Below are positions 9,190 through 16,410 of a stretch of 64,000 nucleotides of DNA, piece after piece. The position numbers and the translations under genes are program-made. The notes under the pieces are model-generated. The model worked only from the letters and a program-made list of their open reading frames with translations. It was not told the DNA's origin and ran no database searches. Origin of the DNA: Candidatus Moranbacteria bacterium RIFCSPHIGHO2_01_FULL_55_24 (GTDB lineage: Bacteria > Patescibacteriota > Minisyncoccia > Moranbacterales > UBA1568); the NCBI GenBank assembly GCA_001786575.1, contig MFRW01000001.1, forward strand, positions 22,179-86,178. The letters are read 5' to 3'. Position 1 is the stretch's first letter. Every line of letters begins with the position of its first letter.

Positions 9190-9981
9190 TTACTTCCCCT
9201 GATTGATTTCCTTCTCTATGTCTTCCATGTCTCTCACCCAAGAATTGAGAAGAGAAGACCGACCGGTCTTTTCTTCTTCCGAGGCGTTGTGGAATGTCAT
9301 GGCAGAACCGCCCTGGCCTTCTTCGGAATTGTCGGAAATATCCAGATCTTTCTTCCAGCTGTTCACGACACTGTTCGATTCCGCGGCTTTTTGGAATTCA
9401 CCCTGCCAATCCTTGTGAGCGCCCTTCTGGATGATGTTCTCTATGGCGGCCCAGGAGGCGTCGAGGTCGCGCGGAAGGACAACGGCTACCTCGTCTCCCG
9501 GGATAGCCTTGAAGTAGGTGATGGAAGCGAGCAGGATGCGGTACGGCTTGCCGTTCGCGAGGACGTAATAGTTCCCGTTCTCGTCCTGGGTGACGATCCC
9601 GATCGCATGGCGCCGCTCGATGGGGCCGATCTGCTTGTAGAGGAAGGTGCCATCGGGAGTGATGGTGAGCTTCAGCATATCGCCCTCGACCAGCTTGGAT
9701 TTCGAGGCGTAATTGGCCGGAACAGGGTATTGCTTGCCATCGGTGCCGGTCATCAGCTGGCCGTCGAAAGTGCCTTCGACCACAGTGCCGTCTTCAGGGC
9801 TGCCGACCTCTGTTTTGCGCGGCCGGCCTGTCTTTTTCTTGCCTTCCAACTGGAGGAGCATGGCCTTGGCGCCCTGGATAGTCTTTTCGGCGTTCAAGAC
9901 CATATCGCGGAGGGCCTGGATTTTCATGGCGCGGTCCGCTTCGTTCGGAGGTTCTTCGTCGTGGGGGTTTATTTTTGTCAT
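9190..9981 (-). CDS. Hypothetical protein (AT-hook-like GRPRK motif)
   Basis: ORF 9190..10179; the internal ATG at 9981 (MTKINPHDEEPP...) is the likely start. No recognisable domain. Confidence 0.45.
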   Translation of the reverse strand: MTKINPHDEEPPNEADRAMKIQALRDMVLNAEKTIQGAKAMLLQLEGKKKTGRPRKTEVGSPEDGTVVEGTFDGQLMTGTDGKQYPVPANYASKSKLVEGDMLKLTITPDGTFLYKQIGPIERRHAIGIVTQDENGNYYVLANGKPYRILLASITYFKAIPGDEVAVVLPRDLDASWAAIENIIQKGAHKDWQGEFQKAAESNSVVNSWKKDLDISDNSEEGQGGSAMTFHNASEEEKTGRSSLLNSWVRDMEDIEKEINQGK

Positions 9982-10127
9982 AACTTTTATTTTGGGGCGC
10001 AGAACCTGGTTCTGCTTTTCATGTCTATTATAAATGGGGGAGGATTTCTTGACAAGCAACGCAAGAAGTTTTCTGATGATGATTTCCGGGAGAAAGTGCC
10101 GCTTTTTTCCGGGGAAGGCCCAGACTC

Positions 10128-10157
10128 TTGACAAAAATACAGAACGTGCGTTAATAT
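10128..10157 (+). promoter_or_regulatory. Sigma70-type promoter (TTGACA-N18-TAATAT)
   Basis: Consensus -35 TTGACA at 10128-10133 and -10 TAATAT at 10152-10157, about 45 nt upstream of the ATG at 10204. Confidence 0.55.
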
Positions 10158-10203
10158 AAGTTGATTCCTTCGGGAGCATTATTCATCTAAATAGACAGCT
10201 TGT

Positions 10204-11271
10204 ATGGCAGGAAAGAACATCGCTTCCGAAACCAATCAGGGTGTACGGAAAGTATCATTTCAGAACTCTCTGGAACAGTTCCTTATGGGACTGCCTGAAC
10301 GCTCGCGCGCGATCGTCGCGGCCCGCTTCGGCATCGGAGCGGAGTCTGCAAAGACGCTTGAGGAGATCGGCAAGTTCTACGGGATCACCCGGGAGCGCGT
10401 ACGCCAGGTTATCTGCAGCGCTGTCGCCCAGCTCGCGCAGGCGCTCGAGAAGGACAAGGAATTCGCTTCTGCCGTAGGGCGTATCGAATCGACACTGGAA
10501 AAGAGAAATGGTATCATGCAGGCAGAGGACCTGATCCGCGAACTCTCTTCTGGTGATACGAATGAAGCCGGACCGCTCCATGCCTTCCTTGAATCGCTCC
10601 GCTCCGTAAAGTGCGAGAAGGCGACCAAGGATCATGAGAAGCTGTACCGCTTGGAAAGCTTTTCACTGGAGACTTGGAAGCGTGTGAAGGAAGCCGCGAA
10701 AAAAATCCTGGCAGAAGCCGGTGAAACCCTTTCCGACAAAGACCTCTACGCACGTTTCAAAAAAATCTCCCAAGATGACCTTTCCCAGGAGCAGTTCTTC
10801 GATTTCCTGGCTGTTGCCAAGGACGTCAAGCAGAACGTTTTCGGGAAATGGGGACTCACGACGTGGAGCGATATCAAGCCGCGCGGTACCCGCGAGAAGG
10901 CTTACCTCGTCCTGAAGACCTCTAAGAAGCCGCTCCATTTCCGTGAGATCGCCGATCTGATCGATCAGCACGGCCTGCACGGCAAAAAGAAACGGAGTCA
11001 TCCGCAGACGGTACATAACGAGCTTATCAAGGACAAGCGTTTCGTTCTGGTCGGCCGCGGTATCTATGCCCTCTCCGAATGGGGGTACAAGAAGGGGACC
11101 GTGAAGGAAGTCATCGAGGAGATTCTGAAGGCTGCCAAGAAGCCGCTCTCGCGCGAAGAGATTCTCGCCGAGGTGCTCAAGGTGCGCCAAGTAAAAAAAA
11201 CAACCATCATCATCAATCTGAATTCTTTTTTCAGCCGGGTCGGTAAAGACGCCTACTGGCTCAAGAAGTAG
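10204..11271 (+). CDS. Sigma-70 region-4-like HTH protein with C-terminal HARE-HTH domain
   Basis: Region LPERSRAIVAARFGIGAESAKTLEEIGKFYGITRERVRQV resembles sigma70 region 4. The C-terminal region (KKPLHFREIADLI...GRGIYALSEWGY...KKPLSREEI) resembles HARE-HTH / RpoE-delta N-terminal domain. Confidence 0.55.
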   Translation: MAGKNIASETNQGVRKVSFQNSLEQFLMGLPERSRAIVAARFGIGAESAKTLEEIGKFYGITRERVRQVICSAVAQLAQALEKDKEFASAVGRIESTLEKRNGIMQAEDLIRELSSGDTNEAGPLHAFLESLRSVKCEKATKDHEKLYRLESFSLETWKRVKEAAKKILAEAGETLSDKDLYARFKKISQDDLSQEQFFDFLAVAKDVKQNVFGKWGLTTWSDIKPRGTREKAYLVLKTSKKPLHFREIADLIDQHGLHGKKKRSHPQTVHNELIKDKRFVLVGRGIYALSEWGYKKGTVKEVIEEILKAAKKPLSREEILAEVLKVRQVKKTTIIINLNSFFSRVGKDAYWLKK

Positions 11272-11334
11272 GGAGCGCAAGAGGAGGAAACGGAGAGATG
11301 CTTCAAAAGGTCAACGAACCTGAATCGCATACCC

Positions 11335-12639
11335 ATGAGTATTTTATTTGAAAGCCTGGCAAACGCATTTTCTTTTTTCGGCAACATGTTTTCTGTTGCT
11401 GCTGATCTGTGGTTCGTCCTCTTTCCTCCGGCCCTCTACGCCGTTTTCAAGATTCTCTGGCTCCCGCACGTGTGGGGGCATTACGGTTCCAAGATCAAAT
11501 GGGTGCTCTTGGAGATCATCCCGCCTCGCGATATCGAGGCGAGCCCGCTTCCGATGGAGTCGATCTTCGCTGGCCTTGCCGGCGTAAGCAAGGGTTCGAC
11601 GATAGCAGAAGAGTGGGTCAAGGGTGAATTCCCGACAGCCTTCTCTCTGGAAATCGTGAGCCAGGAGGGCAATGTGCATTTCTATATCCGCACCCAGACC
11701 GCCTTCCGCAACCTCGTGGAGGCGCATTTCTACGCCCAGTATCCGAATGTCGAAATCGTCGAAGCCGACGACTACGTGAACACCGTGCCGCGCACCCTGC
11801 CGAACAAGGACTGGGATCTGTGGGGTACGGATTTTGAATTGGTGAAGCCCGACCTCTATCCCATCAGGACTTACAAATACTTCGAAGAATCCGTGACCGG
11901 CAAGATGATCGATCCCTTGGCCGGTCTCATAGAGACTATGGGCAAAGCGGGTCCCGGCCAGCATATGTGGCTCCAGTTCATCATCGCTCCGGAAAAGGAG
12001 AAATGGTACGCGACTGGCAAGGCGACGGTCGATGAGTTCCTGGGAAAGAAGAAGAGCGAAAAGCACGGAGTCTTTATTCGTCTTCTGATCGATCTCAAGG
12101 ATATTTTCACGAATATTTTTTCCGGTATGCTCGGGAAAGAAATGACGCATACTGTTCTTGAAGAAGAAAAGACAGATGAAAACGGCGTTCCGATCGAGTC
12201 GAAGCTCACTTTCGGGCAGCGCGAAGTCCTGAAGGCGCTGGAAGAAAATCTCGGCAGGATCATGTTCAAGACCAAGATGCGCTACCTCTATGTGGGCCGG
12301 CGCGAAACCTTCAACAAGCCGACCGGCGTTTCCGCTCTCATCGGCGGCATCAAGCAGTTCAATGACCAGAATCTGAATAGTTTCAAGCCGAATGATGATA
12401 CCAAGACCGATGCCAAGTATCTCTTCGTCGAGCCGCGCCTCCGCTACCGCCAACGCCGCATTTTCCGCCGCTACGTGAGCCGCGATTCGGATCCGCAGTT
12501 CAACCGTTTCGAGTTGAGCACGACAGAGCTCGCAACGATTTTCCATATCCCGGATATGTCCGTGGTGGCTCCGTCGCTCACGCGTGTGGCTGCGAAGCGC
12601 GGAGGTGCCCCGTCGAACCTGCCGATCCAGAGCGAATAA
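11335..12639 (+). CDS. Membrane protein (N-terminal 2 TM) with large soluble domain, partner of the downstream T4CP-like ATPase
   Basis: 434 aa. Hydrophobic N-terminus FFGNMFSVAADLWFVLFPPALYAVFKILWL. No recognisable catalytic motif. 33-nt spacer to the next gene on the same strand. Confidence 0.55.
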   Translation: MSILFESLANAFSFFGNMFSVAADLWFVLFPPALYAVFKILWLPHVWGHYGSKIKWVLLEIIPPRDIEASPLPMESIFAGLAGVSKGSTIAEEWVKGEFPTAFSLEIVSQEGNVHFYIRTQTAFRNLVEAHFYAQYPNVEIVEADDYVNTVPRTLPNKDWDLWGTDFELVKPDLYPIRTYKYFEESVTGKMIDPLAGLIETMGKAGPGQHMWLQFIIAPEKEKWYATGKATVDEFLGKKKSEKHGVFIRLLIDLKDIFTNIFSGMLGKEMTHTVLEEEKTDENGVPIESKLTFGQREVLKALEENLGRIMFKTKMRYLYVGRRETFNKPTGVSALIGGIKQFNDQNLNSFKPNDDTKTDAKYLFVEPRLRYRQRRIFRRYVSRDSDPQFNRFELSTTELATIFHIPDMSVVAPSLTRVAAKRGGAPSNLPIQSE

Positions 12640-12672
12640 TCACAAGAATACACATTCACATTTTCTTTTCCT

Positions 12673-14631
12673 ATGCACGCTTCCCCGCAAAACGAAATCG
12701 CTTTTTTCGCCAAGACGAACTTCCGTAACCAGGATCGCGTTTTCGGTATCAAGTTGGATGACCGGCGCCGGCACATGTACGTGATCGGAAAGACCGGCAT
12801 GGGCAAGACCAATCTTTTGGAAAACCTGGCGATCCAGGATATCCAGAACGGGCACGGTATCGCCTTCATCGATCCGCACGGAGACACGGCGGAAAAGCTC
12901 ATCAAGGCTATCCCGTCTTCGCGCATCAACGATGTCATCTATTTCAATCCGGCCGATCAGGACTTTCCGATCGCGTTCAATGTGATGGAGAAAGTGGATC
13001 CCGAATACCGTCATCTGGTCGCCTCCGGCCTGGTCGGAGTCTTCAAGAAGCTCTGGGCGGAATCCTGGGGACCGCGTCTCGAATACATCCTGCGCAATGA
13101 CATCATCGCCCTTCTCGAGTATCCCGGAAGCACGCTCCTCGGCGTGACGCGCATCCTCGTCGACAAATCCTACCGCGAACGGGTGGTAGAGAAGATCACC
13201 GACCCGGTGGTACGCAGCTTCTGGGTGGATGAATTCACCAAGTGGAACGAGCGCGTGCTCCAGGAAGTCATTTCTCCGATTCAGAACAAAGTAGGTCAGT
13301 TCCTCTCGAGCTCGCTTATCAGAAATATCGTCGGCCAGACGGCATCTTCTTTCGATGTGCGCAAAGTCATGGATGAGAAGAAGATTCTCATCATGAACCT
13401 CTCGAAGGGCCGCATCGGCGAGGACAACAGCGCGCTTCTTGGCGCTATGATGATCACCAAGATCCAGCTGGCCGCCATGAGCCGCGTAGATATCCCGGAG
13501 GAGACCCGTAACGATTTCTACCTCTACGTCGATGAGTTCCAGAACTTCGCTACCGAATCGTTCGCGAACATCCTGTCCGAGGCCCGCAAGTACCACCTGA
13601 ACCTCATTCTTGCGAACCAGTATGTGAGCCAGATCGACGAGAAAGTGCGCGATGCGATCTTCGGAAATGCCGGTACGATCATCTCGTTCCGCGTGGGAGC
13701 GATGGATGCGGAGTTTTTGGAGAAGGAATTCGAGCCGGTCTTTATGGCGAACGATATCATCAATCTTCCCAAGTATCAGATCTACCTCAAGCTCATGATC
13801 GACGGTATCGCAGGAGACGCCTTCAGCGCGACGACGCTTCCGCCGATCAAGCTGGAAGACGCCGGGAATGAAGACAAGATCATCCAGGGTTCGCGCGAAC
13901 GCTATGCCTCGAAGAAGGATGATGTCGAAGATAAGATCCGCCGCTGGAGCGGCATGCTGACAGCCGAAGAGCGCCAAGCGCTTATCAAGCCGGTGAATGC
14001 GCCTCGGAGAGAAGCGCCAGTTATCACGAGGAAAGCCCCTCCGAAACCAGCGCCGGTCTCGAAGAAGGAACAGGTGCCGCGTGCGGAAGCTCCTCGAGCT
14101 CCTCAAGCCGCAGAAGTCCTCGCAGAAAGACCGCGAGAAGAAGCGGAGCTGCCTCCTCTGGAAGAGGAGAAAAAGCCGGCAGAAGTGCCGGCGGAGATAG
14201 AGGAAGTGCCTGAAGAGGAACCTGGAGCAGAAGCTGCCGTCCCTCGTACCCTGTACGATACGGTCTGTGCCACGTGCGGCACGCCTATCCAGGTACCATT
14301 CAAGCCGGATGGCAAGCGCCCGACATTCTGCAAGGATTGCCTGCGGGATTACCAGCGCGCCACCGCCAAGGCCCGTCTCGAAGAAGAACGGAAGCACGGA
14401 GCGGGCGAAGGCCAGGGGATAAGGACCGGACAACGGAACTCTATAAAAGAGCAGCCGGAACGCCGACTGGAGCGCAGGGTGTATGCTACGGATGAGAGGC
14501 CGGTTTCTCTCGCCCAAGTGCAGCATATCGGCCCCAAGAAATTCAAGAGTCTGCGAAAGCGCCCGGAAGTGAACCTTTCCGAGCTCCGCGAGCTCATCCA
14601 CACGACGCAGAAAAAGAATGGAGAAAGCTGA
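12673..14631 (+). CDS. VirD4/TraD/TraG (type IV coupling protein)-like P-loop ATPase, soluble, with Pro/Glu-rich linker and C-terminal 4-Cys zinc ribbon
   Basis: Walker A VIGKTGMGKTNLL followed by IDPHGD (T4CP DPKGE-like). Motif YFNPADQDFPIAFNV. Walker B FYLYVDEFQNF. Sensor ARKYHLNLILANQ. Tail EEAELPPLEEEKKPAEVPAEIEEVPEEEPGAEAA then CATCG...VPFKPDGKRPTFCKDC. Confidence 0.65.
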   Translation: MHASPQNEIAFFAKTNFRNQDRVFGIKLDDRRRHMYVIGKTGMGKTNLLENLAIQDIQNGHGIAFIDPHGDTAEKLIKAIPSSRINDVIYFNPADQDFPIAFNVMEKVDPEYRHLVASGLVGVFKKLWAESWGPRLEYILRNDIIALLEYPGSTLLGVTRILVDKSYRERVVEKITDPVVRSFWVDEFTKWNERVLQEVISPIQNKVGQFLSSSLIRNIVGQTASSFDVRKVMDEKKILIMNLSKGRIGEDNSALLGAMMITKIQLAAMSRVDIPEETRNDFYLYVDEFQNFATESFANILSEARKYHLNLILANQYVSQIDEKVRDAIFGNAGTIISFRVGAMDAEFLEKEFEPVFMANDIINLPKYQIYLKLMIDGIAGDAFSATTLPPIKLEDAGNEDKIIQGSRERYASKKDDVEDKIRRWSGMLTAEERQALIKPVNAPRREAPVITRKAPPKPAPVSKKEQVPRAEAPRAPQAAEVLAERPREEAELPPLEEEKKPAEVPAEIEEVPEEEPGAEAAVPRTLYDTVCATCGTPIQVPFKPDGKRPTFCKDCLRDYQRATAKARLEEERKHGAGEGQGIRTGQRNSIKEQPERRLERRVYATDERPVSLAQVQHIGPKKFKSLRKRPEVNLSELRELIHTTQKKNGES

Positions 14632-14673
14632 AAGAAACGCCCGTAGTTGTTCGGAGTGGCCGGTTTTGGTATC

Positions 14674-14793
14674 ATGGAGGATATGAGTTTCAGAAAATGG
14701 CACAAACGAGCCTACACCTTCTGGGTAGGGATCTCTATTCTCGTGGTGGTTTCCATGGTGGCGTTCCTTTTCGCGCCGTTCTTTATGTACTAG
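14674..14793 (+). CDS. Possible small membrane protein (36-39 aa)
   Basis: ORF MEDMSFRKWHKRAYTFWVGISILVVVSMVAFLFAPFFMY immediately upstream of the ftsB-like gene. One TM helix. Not in the ORF track because shorter than 60 aa. Confidence 0.3.
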   Translation: MEDMSFRKWHKRAYTFWVGISILVVVSMVAFLFAPFFMY

Positions 14794-14799
14794 GAGCCT

Positions 14800-15189
14800 A
14801 TGAAGCCCAAAGACTGGTACATGCGCCTCTTCGTAGCAGGCCTTCTGGTCCTGATCGGCTGGGCGCTCTATGTGTCTTCCAAACAGCTGGAGAGGAATAA
14901 GCGGATCGCACAGGAAGTGAACACGCTCCAGGAAGAGGCGGAAAAGATCAGGAAGGAAAACGAGACGCTTTCGGAGAGGATCGGGTACTTCTCTTCGCAG
15001 GAATTCCGCGAACAGGAAGCCAAGAAGAAATTGGGTCTGAAGAAGCCGCAAGAGACAGTCGTAGCGATCAAAGAAGAGGTTCCGGAGGAGCAGGGACAAG
15101 ACGCGGTTTCCGAGTCTCCGAAGGAGGCATCCAAGAGTCCGTCGGAAATTTATATGAAATGGTGGCAGCTTTTTTTCGCAAAAAACTAA
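14800..15189 (+). CDS. Septum formation initiator (FtsB/DivIC-like)
   Basis: N-terminal TM (LFVAGLLVLIGWALYV) followed by coiled coil LERNKRIAQEVNTLQEEAEKIRKENETL. GGAG RBS upstream. Confidence 0.55.
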   Translation: MKPKDWYMRLFVAGLLVLIGWALYVSSKQLERNKRIAQEVNTLQEEAEKIRKENETLSERIGYFSSQEFREQEAKKKLGLKKPQETVVAIKEEVPEEQGQDAVSESPKEASKSPSEIYMKWWQLFFAKN

Positions 15190-15208
15190 CTTCTCAAACG
15201 TCAAATGT

Positions 15209-16273
15209 ATGGACATAAAGAAGGATGTCTTGCAGAAGGTCAAAGTGAAATGGGAAACGGCGGCATACGCGCTTCTTGCGGTCGTCGTCTTCGTATTCGC
15301 GGCGAGCCTCATCGCTGTGTACGCGGTACCGCGCGGCACCTATCCGCTTATCGAACGCTTCTCCAAAGCGACTCCATACCCGGTTTCGATCGTCGGCATG
15401 AAAAACTTCATCAGCGAGCGCGAGCTTTCCGGAAATATGCGCTCTATCCGACGTTTCTATGAAGCCCAGGATTTCTCGCAGATCGGGCTACGGGTAGACT
15501 TTTCGACCGAAGAAGGCCAGAAACGCTTCCGTATCCGCGAGAAAGAAGTCCTAAACAAGATGATCGAAGACGCCGCGGTAGTGGAGATCGGCAAGAAGTA
15601 CGGTATCACTATCACCCAAGAGATGGCTCGCGAGGGCGTGCGCCGCTCGCTCGACGAATACGGCAACAGCGATACTGTGAAACAGGATTTGGAACGCCTC
15701 TACGGGTGGAGCTTGAGTGATTTCGAAGAGAAGATCGTATTGCCGAGCCTGTATGAAGAGAAACTCCAAGAAGTGTTCGCCAAGGAAAACGAAGCTTCAG
15801 ACGTCGCGAAGGAAAAGATCCAGAAAGCCGACCAGGCGCTGCGGGACGGCAAGCCTTTCCGGGAAGTAGCGATCGAATATTCGGACGGACAGACCAAGGA
15901 GAAAGGCGGGGAGCTGGGATGGTTCCAGATTTCAGATCTGACTCCCGAACTCCAGAAGCCGGTATCGATCCAGAAAGTCGGTGCTCCGGGGAGCATTATC
16001 GAAAGCGCTCTCGGGTACCATATCGTCATAATCGAAGAGACGAAAAGCGAAGACGGGGAGATGTTCTATCGCTTGAGTCAGGTATTCGCCCGCAAAGCTA
16101 CCTTTGCAGATTGGATGACAGAGAAGATGAAGGGCGTGTCGATTTTCGTCCTGTCTCCGGAATACCGCTGGAATGCCGAAGAAGCGCGGGCCGAATTCAG
16201 GCGCCAGGAGATGCGAGAGTTTGAGGAGGAAGTCTACAAGAATACGAACGGCGATGCCCTTTTTTTCTTCTAG
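15209..16273 (+). CDS. Peptidyl-prolyl cis-trans isomerase, parvulin type (PrsA/SurA-like), membrane-anchored
   Basis: N-terminal TM, chaperone-like region, then parvulin domain (FREVAIEYSDGQTKEKGGELGWFQ ... GYHIVII). Confidence 0.75.
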   Translation: MDIKKDVLQKVKVKWETAAYALLAVVVFVFAASLIAVYAVPRGTYPLIERFSKATPYPVSIVGMKNFISERELSGNMRSIRRFYEAQDFSQIGLRVDFSTEEGQKRFRIREKEVLNKMIEDAAVVEIGKKYGITITQEMAREGVRRSLDEYGNSDTVKQDLERLYGWSLSDFEEKIVLPSLYEEKLQEVFAKENEASDVAKEKIQKADQALRDGKPFREVAIEYSDGQTKEKGGELGWFQISDLTPELQKPVSIQKVGAPGSIIESALGYHIVIIEETKSEDGEMFYRLSQVFARKATFADWMTEKMKGVSIFVLSPEYRWNAEEARAEFRRQEMREFEEEVYKNTNGDALFFF

Positions 16274-16290
16274 CAGGAGCTTTCCAAGAA

Positions 16291-16317
16291 AAAGACCCTT
16301 GATAAGGGTCTTTTTTC
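16291..16317 (+). terminator. Intrinsic terminator
   Basis: AGACCCTT/AAGGGTCT stem with a 3-nt loop, followed by TTTTTT. Confidence 0.75.
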
Positions 16318-16329
16318 GGCCTTTTTTGA

Positions 16330-16356
16330 TTAGCACTCTCACATAGAGATTGCTAA
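16330..16356 (+). promoter_or_regulatory. CIRCE-like inverted repeat (HrcA operator-like) upstream of clpB
   Basis: TTAGCACTC-N9-GATTGCTAA versus consensus TTAGCACTC-N9-GAGTGCTAA (one mismatch), 55 nt upstream of the clpB ATG. Confidence 0.55.
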
Positions 16357-16410
16357 TTTTTTATTTTCATGATATTTTTCAAGTGGAAAAAATATCGAAA
16401 TATTTTGAGT

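Noticed and set aside
12640-15339. 899-aa ORF on the minus strand, and similar long antisense ORFs at 851..2158 (-), 8521..10131 (+), 10663..11280 (-), 11344..12546 (-), 16762..17838 (-), 31900..33057 (-) and 45127..47046 (-)
   Set aside because: They lie antisense to well-supported genes (T4CP-like ATPase, clpB, pheS/tyrS and others). High GC gives long stop-free antisense frames, and their translations are Arg/Ala/Pro-rich low-complexity with no motifs.
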